Positions 22,943 through 34,695 of a stretch of DNA of 64,000 nt are shown here, in pieces. The translations under genes were made by a program, and so were the position numbers. The stretch covers positions 806,001 to 870,000 of the forward strand of contig NC_086110.1 of NCBI RefSeq assembly GCF_963921235.1, given 5' to 3'. Below the pieces are notes generated by a model, which was not told the origin of the DNA, ran no database searches, and saw only the letters and a program-made list of their open reading frames with translations. This DNA is from Mobula hypostoma. Taxonomy: Eukaryota. Within the stretch, counting starts at the first letter, position 1; the number at the start of each line of letters is the position of its first letter.

Positions 22943-25900
22943 AGAAACATAGAAACATAGAAAATAGGTGCAGGAGTAGGCCATTCGGCCCTTCGAGCCT
23001 GCACCGCCATTTATTATGATCATGGCTGATCATCCAACTCAGAACCCAGCCTTCCCTCCATACCCCCTGACCCCTGTAGCCACAAGGGCCATATCTAACT
23101 TCCTTTTAAACATAGCTAATGAACTGGCCTCAACAGTTTGCTGTGGCAGAGAATTCCACAGATTCACCACTCTCTGTGTGAAGAAGTTTTTCCTAACCTC
23201 GGTCCTAAAAGGCTTCCCCTCTATCCTCAAACTGTGACCCCTCGTTCTAGACCTCCCCAACATCGGGAACAATCTTCCTGCATCTAGCCTGTCCAATCCC
23301 TTTAGGATCTTATACGTTTCAATCAGATCCCCCCTCAATCTTCTAAATTCCAACGAGTACAAGCCCAGTTCATCCAGTCTTTCTTCATATGAAAGACCTG
23401 CCATCCCAGGAATCAATCTGGTGAACCTTCTTTGTACTCCCTCTATGGCAAAGATGTCTTTCCTCAGATTAGGGGACCAAAACTGCACACAATACTCCAG
23501 GTGTGGTCTCACCAAGGCCTTGTACAACTGCAGTAGTACCTCCCTGCTCCTGTACTCGAATCCTCTCGCTATAAATGCCAGCATACCGTTCGCCTTTTTC
23601 ACCGCCTGCTGTACCTGCATGCCCACTTTCAATGACTGGTGTATAATGACACCCAGGTCTCGTTGCACCTCCCCTTTTCCTAATCGGCCACCATTCAGAT
23701 AATAATCTGTTTTCCTATTTTTGCCACCAAAGTGGATAACTTCACATTTATCCACATTAAATTGCATCTGCCATGAGTTTGCCCACTCACCCAACCTATC
23801 CAAGTCACCCTGCATCCTCTTAGCATCCTCCTCACTGCTAACACTGCCACCCAGCTTCGTGTCATCCGCAAACTTGGAGATGCTGCATTTAATTCCCTCA
23901 TCCAAGTCATTAATATATATTGTAAACAACTGGGGTCCTAGCACTGAGCCTTGCGGTACCCCACTAGTCACCGCCTGCCATTCTGAAAAGGTCCCGTTTA
24001 TTCCCACTCTTTGCTTCCTGTCTGCTAACCAATTCTCCACCCACACCAATACCTTACCCCCAATACCGTGTGCTTTAAGTTTGCACACTAATCTCCTATG
24101 TGGGACCTTGTCGAAAGCCTTTTGAAAATCCAAATATACCACATCCACTGGTTCTCCCCTATCCACTCTACTAGTTACATCCTCAAAAAATTCTATGAGA
24201 TTCGTCAGACATGATTTTCCTTTCACAAATCCATGCTGACTTTGTCCGATCATTTCACCGCTTTCCAAATGTGCTGTTATCACATCCTTGATAACTGACT
24301 CCAGCAGTTTCCCCACCACCGACGTTAGGCTAACCGGCCTATAATTCCCCGGTTTCTCTCTCCCTCCTTTTTTAAAAAGTGGGGTTACATTAGCCACCCT
24401 CCAATCCTCAGGAACTAGTCCAGAATCTAACGAGTTTTGAAAAATTATCACTAATGCATCCACTATTTCTTGGGCCACTTCCTTAAGCACTCTGGGATGC
24501 AGACCATCTGGCCCTGGGGATTTATCTGCCTTCAATCCCTTCAATTTACCTAACACCACTTCCCTACTAACATGTATTTCGCTCAGTTCCTCCATCTCAC
24601 TGGACCCTCTGTCCCTTACTATTTCTGGAAGATTATTTATGTCCTCCTTAGTGAAGACAGAACCAAAGTAATTATTCAATTGGTCTGCCATGTCCTTGCT
24701 CCCCATAATCAATTCACCTGTTTCTGTTTGCAGGGGACCTACATTTGTCTTTATCAGTCTTTTCCTTTTTACATATCTATAAAAGCTTTTACAGTCCGTT
24801 TTTATGTTCTCTGCCAGTTTTCTCTCATAATCTTTTTTCCCCTTCCTAATTAAGCCCTTTGTCCTCCTCTGCTGAACTCTGAATTTCTCCCAGTCCTCAG
24901 GTGAGCCACTTTCTCTGGCTAATTTGTATGCTACTTCTTTGGAATTGATACTATCCCTAATTTCTCTTGTCAGCCACGGGTGCACTACCTTCCTTGATTT
25001 ATTCTTTTGCCAAACTGGGATGAACAATTGTTGTAGTTCATCCATGCAACCTTTAAATGCCTGCCATTGCATATCCACCGTCAATCCTTGAAGTGTCATT
25101 TGCCAGTCTATCTTAGCTAATTCATGTCTCATACCTTCAAAGTTACCCCTCTTTAAGTTCAGAACCTTTGTTTCTGAATTAACTACGTCACTCTCCATGT
25201 TAATGAAGAATTCCACCATATTATGGTCACTCTTACCCAAGGGGCCTCTCACGACAAGATCGCTAATTAACCCTTCCTCATTGCTCAAAACCCAGTCCAG
25301 AATAGCCTGCTCTCTAGTCGGTTCCTCGACATGTTGGTTCAAAAAACCATCCCGCATACATTCCAAGAAATCCTCTTCCTCAGCACCTTTACCAATTTGG
25401 TTCACCCAGTCTACATGTAGATTGAAGTCACCCATTATAACTGCTGTTCCTTTATTGCACACATTTCTAATTTCCTGTTTAATACCATCTCCGACCTCAC
25501 TACTACTGTTAGGTGGCCTGTACACAACTCCCACCAGCGTCTTCTGCCCCTTAGTGTTACGCAGCTCTACCCATATCGATTCCACATCTTCCCGGCTTAT
25601 GTCCTTCCTTTCTATTGCGTTAATCTCTTTTTTAACCAGCAACGCCACCCCACCTCCCCTTCCTTCGTGTCTATCCCTCCTGAATATTGAATATCCCTGA
25701 ACGTTGAGCTCCCATCCCTGGTCACCCTGGAGCCATGTCTCTGTGATCCCAACTATATCATAATCATTAATAACAATCTGCACTTTCAATTCATCCACCT
25801 TATTACGAATGCTCCTTGCATTGACACATAAAGCCTTCAGGCACTCTTTTACAACTCTCTTAGCCCTTTTTAATGCTTGCCCTGGATTTGTCGGCCTGCC

Positions 25901-26708
25901 ACTTTTACTTTTCCCCTTTGTACTTTTTGCTTCTACGCTCACTTTACACCCCTCTGTCTCTCTGCACTGGTTCCCATCCCTCTGTTGTGAACTAACCTCC
26001 TCACACCTAGCCGCTTTAATTTGATTCCCACCCCCCAACCATTCTAGTTTAAAGTCTCCTCAGTAGCCCCCGCTAATCTCCCTGCCAGGATATTGGTCCC
26101 CCGAGGATTTAAGTGTAACTCGTCCTTTTTGTACAGGTCACACCTGCGCCAAAAGAGGTCCCAATGATCCAAAAACTTGAATCCCTGCCCCCTGCTCCAA
26201 TCCCTCAGCCACGCATTTATCCTCCACCTCATCGCATTCCTACTCTCACTGTCGCGTGGCACAGGCAGTAATCCCGAGATTACTACCTTTGCGGTCCTTT
26301 TTCTCAACTCCCTTCCTAGCTCCCTATATTCTTCTTTCAGGACCTCATCCCTTTTCCTACCTATGTCATTGGTACCTATATGTACCAGGACCTCTGGCTC
26401 TTCACCCTCCCACTTCAGGATATCTTGGACACGATCAGAAATATCCCGGACCCTGGCACCAGGGAGGCAAACTACCATCCGAGTCTCTGGACTGCGTCCA
26501 CAGAATCGCCTATCTGACCCCCTTACTATCGAGTCCCCTATCACAACTGCCCTCCTCTTCCTTGCCCTACCCTTCTGAGCTACAGGGCCAGATTCTGTGC
26601 CGGAGGCAGGGCCACTGTCGCTTCCCCCGGGTAAGCTGTCCCCCCCAACAGTACTCAAACAGGAGTACCTGTTGTTAAGGGGCACAGCCGCCGGGGTACT
26701 CCCCATCA
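22943..26708 (-). mobile_element. Young CR1 LINE, 5'-truncated in ORF1, ORF2 intact
   Basis: (ATAGAAAC)n tail; empty site gaagtaaatgttgg in unit A, with aaat on both flanks in unit B. Confidence 0.97.
23039..26038 (-). CDS. CR1 ORF2: APE endonuclease + reverse transcriptase, 999 aa open
   Basis: VNARSIRNK, GITETWL, MGDFN, LDWVL, SDH (APE); NYRPVSLTS, YLDFQKAFDKVPH, GVPQGSVLGP, KFADD (RT). True start codon uncertain. Confidence 0.95.
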   Translation of the reverse strand: MGGGNQIKAARCEEVSSQQRDGNQCRETEGCKVSVEAKSTKGKSKSGRPTNPGQALKRAKRVVKECLKALCVNARSIRNKVDELKVQIVINDYDIVGITETWLQGDQGWELNVQGYSIFRRDRHEGRGGGVALLVKKEINAIERKDISREDVESIWVELRNTKGQKTLVGVVYRPPNSSSEVGDGIKQEIRNVCNKGTAVIMGDFNLHVDWVNQIGKGAEEEDFLECMRDGFLNQHVEEPTREQAILDWVLSNEEGLISDLVVRGPLGKSDHNMVEFFINMESDVVNSETKVLNLKRGNFEGMRHELAKIDWQMTLQGLTVDMQWQAFKGCMDELQQLFIPVWQKNKSRKVVHPWLTREIRDSINSKEVAYKLARESGSPEDWEKFRVQQRRTKGLIRKGKKDYERKLAENIKTDCKSFYRYVKRKRLIKTNVGPLQTETGELIMGSKDMADQLNNYFGSVFTKEDINNLPEIVRDRGSSEMEELSEIHVSREVVLGKLKGLKADKSPGPDGLHPRVLKEVAQEIVDALVIIFQNSLDSGLVPEDWRVANVTPLFKKGGREKPGNYRPVSLTSVVGKLLESVIKDVITAHLESGEMIGQSQHGFVKGKSCLTNLIEFFEDVTSRVDRGEPVDVVYLDFQKAFDKVPHRRLVCKLKAHGIGGKVLVWVENWLADRKQRVGINGTFSEWQAVTSGVPQGSVLGPQLFTIYINDLDEGIKCSISKFADDTKLGGSVSSEEDAKRMQGDLDRLGEWANSWQMQFNVDKCEVIHFGGKNRKTDYYLNGGRLGKGEVQRDLGVIIHQSLKVGMQVQQAVKKANGMLAFIARGFEYRSREVLLQLYKALVRPHLEYCVQFWSPNLRKDIFAIEGVQRRFTRLIPGMAGLSYEERLDELGLYSLEFRRLRGDLIETYKILKGLDRLDAGRLFPMLGRSRTRGHSLRIEGKPFRTEVRKNFFTQRVVNLWNSLPQQTVEASSLAMFKRKLDMALVATGVRGYGGKAGF

Positions 26709-26709
26709 A
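26044..26709 (-). CDS. CR1 ORF1 C-terminal part (SGNH/GDSL esterase-like), 5'-truncated
   Basis: VIGDSIVRG, CLPGARVRDI, VHIGTND, DELHLN motifs. Confidence 0.88.
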   Translation of the reverse strand: MMGSTPAAVPLNNRYSCLSTVGGDSLPGGSDSGPASGTESGPVAQKGRARKRRAVVIGDSIVRGSDRRFCGRSPETRMVVCLPGARVRDISDRVQDILKWEGEEPEVLVHIGTNDIGRKRDEVLKEEYRELGRELRKRTAKVVISGLLPVPRDSESRNAMRWRINAWLRDWSRGQGFKFLDHWDLFWRRCDLYKKDELHLNPRGTNILAGRLAGATEETLN

Positions 26710-27379
26710 AATGTTGGAAATGTCCGTGGAAGAATCCGTTTAGATACAATATTTGATAGCATTAGAAAAATACAATTCTCATCACACAGCTAAAGGTATT
26801 TGGGAGGTTGGGAGTTTTTTTTAAGGTGTTGCAGATATGTTTCAGGAGGAAAACTATAATATTAAGAAGGAAAATCTAAACGATGCCCGGCAAATAAGAA
26901 AGTCGTAGATTTTGAAGCACTAGAATGAAGCAGAAATTGTCGTCATTTGAATCCAACATCTAATGTGAGATGCGAAAAAAAAAGATTACTCAACATTAAT
27001 TACTTCAGTTGGTAAAACAAAACACAAGCATCGAACTGTCGGTTACACTGCTCTCTTACTAAGGAAGAACACCGAATCATCTTTTGACTGTGTTTCTTTG
27101 GAATTTCTGTTAAAGGTTTGGTGAAAGTCATGCTCTTGATTTTATTACACCACCATTATTCCATAGACTAAGAATCAAAAAAGTGAGATTAAATTTGAAT
27201 GACAAAAATATTCATGATTCGATTCAGAAACAAATTTGAATGCGAATAATTTTCAGTCATGTCCTTAAATGAAGCCATAGCGAACCCTATATTGTACTTG
27301 TAGCAATTTTGAATTCACAATTCAGCTTCCAACTCTCAGATCAAAAACACAGCATTTACAGAAGAGTGAAACAATAAAC

Positions 27380-27790
27380 TATAGAAAAACCATAGAAAGA
27401 GCTACAGCACAGAAACAGGCCTTTTGGCCCTTCTTGGCTGTGCCGAACCATTTTCTGCCTTGTGCCACTGACCTGCACATGGACCATATCCCTCCTTACA
27501 ACTCCCATCCATGTATCTGTCCAATTTATTCTTAAATGTTAAAAAAAAAACTAATTTACCACCTCGTCTGGCAGCTCATTCCATACATCCACCACTCTCT
27601 GTGTGAAGAACCGCCCCCCATGTTCCCTTTACACGTTTCCTCCCTCACCCTTAACCCATGTCCTCTGATTTTCTTTTCTCTCCCTTTGCCTCAGTGGAAA
27701 AAGCCTGCTTGCATTCACTTTATCTATACCCATCATAAATTTATATACCTCCATCAAATCTCCCCTCATTCTTCTACGCTCCAGGGAATA
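27380..27790 (-). mobile_element. CR1 3' fragment (unit B only)
   Basis: YSLERRRMRGDLMEVYK; CCATAG tail; absent at the paralogous site ~17660. Confidence 0.9.
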
Positions 27791-27951
27791 AAAAAAAATA
27801 AAATCCGGAAACACTTAAGAAGACAGACAATTTATGTGGGAATAGAATCCAGATTATTTTTTGGCATAAAATTTAGGTCGTTATTATAAGAGAAATCGAA
27901 GTGAACTTTCTTTACTTTATTTCGGTATAAACTTTAATAATTTCTTCTTAC

Positions 27952-28272
27952 CATGGACCAGGAGTTTTGACCCAGTTCCATTTATTATTGAATGATCTCG
28001 ACGTTTCACCCCACAATAATTTACTCCCGTGTCTGCGACACTGACGTTTATAAGCTGAAAAGAAGCCTTCCCGTTACTCAAAGTAGGGACATATTTCCTG
28101 CTGTCCAGCCAAGTCTGCAGAAAATTGTTTCCCCCTAGTTTCCACCAGACAACATTTAGATCTGAGTTATCTTGGAGGAGTGGGAGAGCGCGGTAGAAAG
28201 TGACGCTTCCACCAATGATCACGTTTAAGCTGACAGGGAGTTGCAAAACCTTGTTCGGTACTTCTGTCACGG
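27952..28272 (-). pseudogene. V exon copy B: open frame but first Cys to Arg (FYR) and YYC to NYC
   Basis: Same 321-nt exon and splice sites as copy A (acceptor 28273-74, donor gtaaga); loss of the B-strand cysteine implies no canonical disulfide. Confidence 0.85.
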
Positions 28273-28633
28273 CTGTGTGGTAAAGAATGGAAATTAATAC
28301 ATATAGCCGTAGATACACAGCATGTGAATGAACAATTTCATCTTCAAGCATAGATACGTGAGAATACAACTTTTATTTTTTGCACATCATAATTTTAACT
28401 TATTTTACCAGTTACCACGTGCTAACAGCCACAACACCTACTTGTTTCTAATAATCATTTCATGTTCGGGGCGTTAATTGTATTGTGTCGAATGACCCTA
28501 ATCCTAATGAAGTGATCGGCAATGAACTACATATTTCAAACATATACAATATTAAAATGGTTTTAAGTTTCCAGCGCTGGATTACTTACTGTTTACTTTT
28601 TCCACAAGAGAGATAGGGAAAAGTACACTTTAC

Positions 28634-28676
28634 CTGGATAAATAATATTGAAGATCACTAACAAGAAAAGATTCAT
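28634..28676 (-). CDS. Leader exon copy B: MNLFLLVIFNIIYP
   Basis: ATG at 28676-74, 43 nt, donor G|gtaaag; in frame, one codon shorter than copy A. Confidence 0.75.
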
Positions 28677-29308
28677 TTTTGAAACAGAACTGACAAAACT
28701 CGACGTCTTGACACAGCCGTCTGAAATATTACGACGCATGACGGTTAAAGCGTTTTCAGCAGTGCGGTTGATATTAAGAGAGTGGCGTGATGGTAGATTG
28801 AAGATAAAACCAATTGACTCCAGTGTCTTTCATCCTACGTTTAAGGATGTAAAAATACACTTTAAAGACAGTTGGTGATACGATTAGTGCAATTTGGCTG
28901 TTTCGCTAACGTGAGGCCCTGTGCCATTGCCTTCATCAGACGCAGTCCACGGCATGGTTTCATTCAACAGCATAAGTACTCTTATTTCTGACGGAAGGGC
29001 AGGCATTTTAACTTCAAACCTATAAGCATTGGGCATCTAATTTGCGACTTTAATCTGATAGGCTAGAATGGAGCAAATAACTGACGATCACTACAGGCTA
29101 AACCGAGATATTTTGAAATATCTTACGAAACATAGGCTGGTCAGGTTGAGAACCAGAAGAGGAAAGTTGGTTTTAAATAAATGTTTCGCATTCGGTGAGT
29201 TCTATCCAAAAGTGTCCTCATAATAAGCATAAATTGAGAAAATATTACATGCAATAGATATCCATATTAGTTTAATGATATGACAGTAGCAATCTCCCAA
29301 TATATTCT

Positions 29309-30101
29309 TCGTCAGGACTAACTGAAGGAAGAGTGAGTAAGGGATTTGAAAGCTGGAGGGGGAGGGGGAGATGCAAAATGATAGGAGAAGACAGGAGGGG
29401 GAGGGATTGAGCCGAGAGCTGGACAGGTGATAGGCAGAAGGGGATACGAGAGGATCATGGGACAGGAGGTCCGGGAAGAAAGACGGGGGCGGGGGGTGAC
29501 CCAGAGGATGGGCAAGAGGTATATTCAGAGGGACAGAGGGAGAAAAAGGAGAGTAAGAGAAAGAATGTGTGCATAAAAAAGAGTAACAGATGGGGTACGA
29601 GGGGGAGGTGGGGCCTAGCGGAAGTTAGAGAAGTCAATGTTCATGCCATCAGGTTGGAGGCTACCCATACGGAATATAAGGTGTTGTTCCTCCAACCTGA
29701 GTGTGGCTTCATCTTTACAGTAGAGGAGGCCGTGGATAGACATGTCAGAATGGGAATGGGATGTGGAATTAAAATGTGTGGCCTCTGGGTCACCCCACCC
29801 CCCCGTCTTTCTTCCCGGACCTCCTGTCCCATGATCCTCTCGTATCCCCTTCTGCCTATCACCTGTCCAGCTCTCGGCTCCATCCCTCCCCCTCCTGTCT
29901 TCTCCTATCATTTTGCATCTCCCCCTCCCCCTCCAGCTTTCAAATCCCTTACTCACTCTTCATTCAGTTAGTCCTGACGAAGGGTCTCGGCCTGAAACGT
30001 CGACTGCGCCTCTTCCTATAGATGCTGCCTGGCCTGCTGCGTTCACCAGCAACTTTGATGTGTGTTGCTTGAATTTCCAGCATCTGCAGAATTCCTGTTG
30101 T
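29309..30101. mobile_element. Penelope-like element remnant with inverted terminal repeat and 14-bp TSD
   Basis: TSD TCCCAATATATTCT at 29295-308 and 30102-115; empty site at ~19155. Minus-strand GIY-YIG C-terminus HFNSTSHSHSD...EQHLIFRMGSLQPDGMNIDF. 29309-29505 is the reverse complement of ~29775-29980. Confidence 0.92.
29969..30006 (+). ncRNA. Minimal type I hammerhead ribozyme (Penelope-associated)
   Basis: UAGUC-CUGACGA-AGGGUCUCGGCCU-GAAA-CG-UC/GACUG; GUC cleavage triplet. Confidence 0.82.
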
Positions 30102-30228
30102 TCCCAATATATTCTGTTCCCTGTTGAATCTATATATTGGGTTGGAGTGTTGTTGTATCCTGTGTTGCCTGTCCTAAGGCAATCTATTTCAGTGAATACT
30201 CAATAAGTTATCTGTAATTCATACAGCT

Positions 30229-31640
30229 AATTGGAGGATGGGAGGGAGGCAAATGTTGTCCCCTTGTTCAAAAAAGGTAGTAGGTATAGGGCGGCTAATT
30301 ATAGACTAGTGAGGCTTACGTCTGTGCTGGGAAAGCTGTTGGAAGAGACTCTTAGAGATATGAGCTATGGGCATTTAGAGAATCATGGTCTGATGACGGA
30401 CACAACATGACTTTGTGAAGGGCAGATCGTGTCTAACAAGCCTGATGGAAGTATTTGAAAATGTGACCAAGCATATAGATGAGGGTAGTGCAGCGGAAGT
30501 GACCTATATGGTTTTAGTAAGGCATTTGACAAGGTTCCACACGGTAGACTTAATCAGAAAGTCAGAATGCATGGACTCCAGGGAAGTTTGGCCAAGTTGA
30601 TTCTGAATTGGCTTGCCTGCAGAAGACAGAGGCTCGTGGTGGAGGGACTGCATTCAGAATGGAGGGTTGGGACCAGTGGTGTCCCACAAGGATCGGTACT
30701 TTTCGTGAGTTTTATTAACGACCTGGATATCGGGTAGAAGGGTGGGATGGCATGTTTTCAGACGATACAAAGGTGGTGGTGTTGTAGATAGTGTAGAGGA
30801 TTGTTGAAGATTGCAGAGAGACATTGAAAGGGTGCGGAAGTGGACTGCGCAGTGGCAGATGGACTTCAACCCGGAGAAGTGTGAGGTGGTACACTTTCGA
30901 AGGACAAGCTCCAAGGCAGAGTACAAATTAAATGGCAGGATACTTGGTAGTGTGGAGTAACAGAGGGATCGGGGGGTACATGTCCACAGATTCCTCGAAG
31001 TTGCCTCACGGGTAGATAGGGTAGTTAAGAAAGCTTATGTTAGCTTTCATAAGTCAACGGATAGCGTTTAAGAGTCGCGAGGTAATGATGCAGCTCCATA
31101 AAACTCTGGTTAGGCCACACTTGGACTATTGTGTCCAGTTCTGGTCGACTTACTGTAGGAGGGATGTGGAAGCACTGGAAAGGGTACAGAGGAGATTTTC
31201 CAGAATGCTGCTTCGTTTGGAGAGTATGGATTATGATCAGAGATTAAGGGAGCTAGAGTTTTACTCTTTGGAGAGAAGGAGGATAAGAGGAGACATGGTA
31301 GAGGTATACAATATATTAAATTAACAGATAGTGTGGATAGCCAGCGCCTCTTCCCCAGGGCACCACTGCTGAATACAAATGGACTTGGTTTTAAGTTGAG
31401 GGGTGGGAATTTCAAGGGTGATAGTAGAGGACGGCATTTTACTCAGAGAGCAGTTGGTGAGTGGAATCCACTGCCTGAGTCAGTGGTGGAGGCAGATACA
31501 CTAGTGAAGTTTAAGCGACTACTAGACAGGTGTATGGAGGAGTTTAAGGTGGGGGGTTATATGGGACGCAGCGTTTGAGGTCGGAACAGGAATGTGGGCC
31601 GAAGGGCCTGTACTGTGCTGTATTATTCTAAGTTCTATGT
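30229..31640 (+). mobile_element. 5'-truncated CR1 (unit B only)
   Basis: GRSCLTSL, RPHLDYCVQFWS, ERVQRRF, FTQRAVGEWNPLP; empty site at ~19275. Confidence 0.92.
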
Positions 31641-31669
31641 TATAACTTTTGATCAGCACAACTCTTGTG

Positions 31670-33010
31670 TGTCATGGTCTGGTCCGTGAAATCCGCATTC
31701 CGGTTCATGGTCTGGTCCGTGTACTCAGGACTCCGGTTCTTCCGGCTGTCCCTCGTTTCATTGAGTTAATCATGGGCAGCTGATTCCCATCTTTGGGCTT
31801 GAAATACAAGTGGCCTTGGGGTTGAGTGTGGGTTGCTGGTTTGTTTCGTCAGTTCCCCTGGGAGCAACCTTCTGGTGGGAGGTTTGAGCGGCCACTCGTC
31901 ATCTTTAGGCCCTGCTGGGGATTGGAGAACCATCTCTTCATGGAGCCTTGCTGTCGGTAGTCGGAGCTGTCTTTCCTGTATGGAATTCGGCTGTTTCCTA
32001 GGCCAGCAGAGTGGCTGCCAGTCACTCCGAGTTAAGTGGGGATCTGGCTGTTTCCGTAGCCAGCTGTGGTTGATGGCCGAAATGAGACATGGAGTTTCCC
32101 CGGAGCAGCGACGGAACCGTCTGTTATTTTTTGGTGTTTGTCTCGTCTGTTTCTCACCTCCGTGGGGTAAACAGGCCGTTTAGCCGTTTCCCTGCGGTGG
32201 AATCCGTCTTGTCTTGTCTTTGCCCCCGTTGGGTGAGTCAGGCCTTTCTGTCGTTACCTGACGGAGGGACCTGTCCCACCTTGGTGTCAAGATGAAGTTG
32301 AGTCCCGGCTTGTCTTCGGATAAGTCCCGGCTCTATGTCTATGTTCCGTCCTCTCTCATGATCCTGTCGTGTTAAAGATGAGTCTCGACTTGTCGAAGGA
32401 TAAGTCCCGACACTATGTTGATGCTCGGTTCCTAGTCTGTCTCTGAGCTCGAAAAACTCTAGCCTCGTCGATCCCGGCAGCCAAGTTCCAAGAACTCAAG
32501 CCTCGACGATCCCGCAGCCAAGCTCCAAGAACCCAAGCCTCGAAAATCCCGCAGCCAAGCTCCAAGAACCCAAGCTTCGACGATCCCGCAGCCAAGCTCC
32601 AAGAACGGAAGCCTCGAGGATCCCAAGCCAAGCTCAAGACCCAAGACTCCAGCCTAAAGCCTAGCTCAAGACTCAAGACACCAGCCTTAGGCCAAACTCA
32701 AGACCCAAGAACCCAGCCTCAAGCCAAGCTGAAGGCAAGACCCCAGCCTCAAGCCAAGCTCAAGATCCAAGACCGCAGCGTCAAGCGAAGCTCAAGACCC
32801 AAGTTCCGGGTCCTTGTCCAGTCTCAGGCTCGGAGTCGATGCCTTGCCTCCTGGTCCATGGTTTCTAGTCCTGGTCCCGCTTTCCCTAGCCCTACTCTGC
32901 GTTCTTGTGCCTGCTCCTTGCCTGCATCCTGTCTCTAGTCAAGTCCTGTTCCTTGTACGTCAGTGTCTGTGTCTCACATTTGGGTCCGTCCCCAGCACCC
33001 CAATGTGACA
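31670..33010 (+). mobile_element. Solo LTR (1341 bp), TG...CA, 5-bp TSD TTGTG, with internal tandem repeats ~32440-32810
   Basis: ttgtg|tgtcatgg...gtgaca|ttgtg; empty site at ~19300; shares cctccgtggggtaa and catttgggtcc blocks with the LTRs at 52497-61470. Confidence 0.9.
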
Positions 33011-34695
33011 TTGTGGCTGAATTTCCTGTCGGATTTCAAATCCATTCAAATGTCGAGTCACTTATTTCTGTATCAGTTATTTGAACTCTCGTCAACTTTT
33101 GTGTATTTTGTCAGCAAATATCTGCAAGCTTGCAAAGTCTTAAAGCATAGAATGATCTGAATGCCCTTATACATTATTGACAAAAGGCTACTACTACGTG
33201 ATGCACGTAATTAAAGTGCCAGTGCAAGTTTATAGTTTGTTGCTGTGTTGATTTAATACAGAGTTAGGGAAGTAATGCCTCAATTATAAACAACATACTG
33301 GTGTCAGGTGCACGGAGTACCGCTTTTTTTCCAATAAAGTACGAGTTGAAATCGAGCCAAAAAAGGTTTAATGGACATACTTAGCAAGCCTAGCTGTAAT
33401 ACAAACGAAATGCAATGAGTACGAATGCGAGCACAGAAATTTAAAGCAGTGAAAGGGAACTTGGAGGAAATGTGTGAGATCATGTTGTATCATTTTACAC
33501 AGGAGATGGAGACAAAGTCTATAGAAGTGAAGCAAAGTAGCATCAACTTCGTGGACCATGCCGACTACAGGGAGAGAGGTGTGTCCTATTCCGAGGAAAA
33601 TCAGGCTGGATAAGTCCTAGGGTCCTGCCAGGATGTTCCCTCTAACACTACGGGAGGCAAGTGCATAAATTGCAGAGATATTTAAATCATTATTAGAGGA
33701 TTGGTGTACAGCCCATGCAGTTCCACCGTATAAAAAGGTTCTAACCATAGGCCCGGCAGTCTGACATCAATTGCTGAAAAGATACTCTAGAATATTCTAA
33801 GGCACAGGATATATAAAGATATGATTAGACACAAACAGATTAAGGATAGCCAGCATGGCTTCGTGCATGGTAGGTCAGGTCGAGACAATGTTATAGAGAT
33901 TTTCTAGGAAATTGCTAGGAAAGTGGATGAAGACAAGACTGTGGATATTGTCTACCATAGGCTTTAGTAAGGCATTTGAAATGGAATACTACCCAAGAAT
34001 GTTCAGCCGCTTGCCATTCACAATGATGTTGTATTTGGATTAGACATTGTAACTGATGAAAAGCCAGAGAGTATGAGTAGAGGGTTGTCTCTCTGACTGC
34101 AGCCCTGTGCCTAGTTGTGTGCCGCAGGGATCGGAGCTGGGTCGCTTGATTTTTGTCATGTAAATCAATGATCTGGTGAATAATGTGGTTAAGTTGATCA
34201 GCAAATTTACGGATGACACCAAGACTGGGGGTGTAGTGGATGGTGAGGAAGGCTATCGTGGATTGCAGCGGGATCCACATCAGATGGGAAAATTGACTGA
34301 AAAATGTCAGATGAAATTTAATGCCGACAAATGCGAGATTTTGCACTTCAGTAGGATCAACCATGATAGGTCTTACACAGTGAAAATTAGGCACTGGGTA
34401 GTGTGGGAGAACAAATGGATGTGGGAATACACGTACATAACTTGTTCACAGTGCCAATACAAATAGATAAGGCCGTAAAGGAAGCTTTTGGCACGTTAGC
34501 CTTCATAAATTAAAGATCGAGTACAGGAAGAGGGATGTTACGTTGACGTTGTATAAGATATTGATGAAGCCTAATTTGGCGTATAGTGTGCAGTTTTGAT
34601 CATTTACCTGCAGGGAAAATACCTTTCTACAAGAGAAAAATCACAACGATATGGCCAGATCTGGAGGACCTGAATTATATGAAAAGACTGAATAG

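Noticed and set aside
23421-25700. Plus-strand ORFs of 90-170 aa
   Set aside because: Antisense shadows of CR1 ORF2; similar shadows recur at 44993 and 51694.
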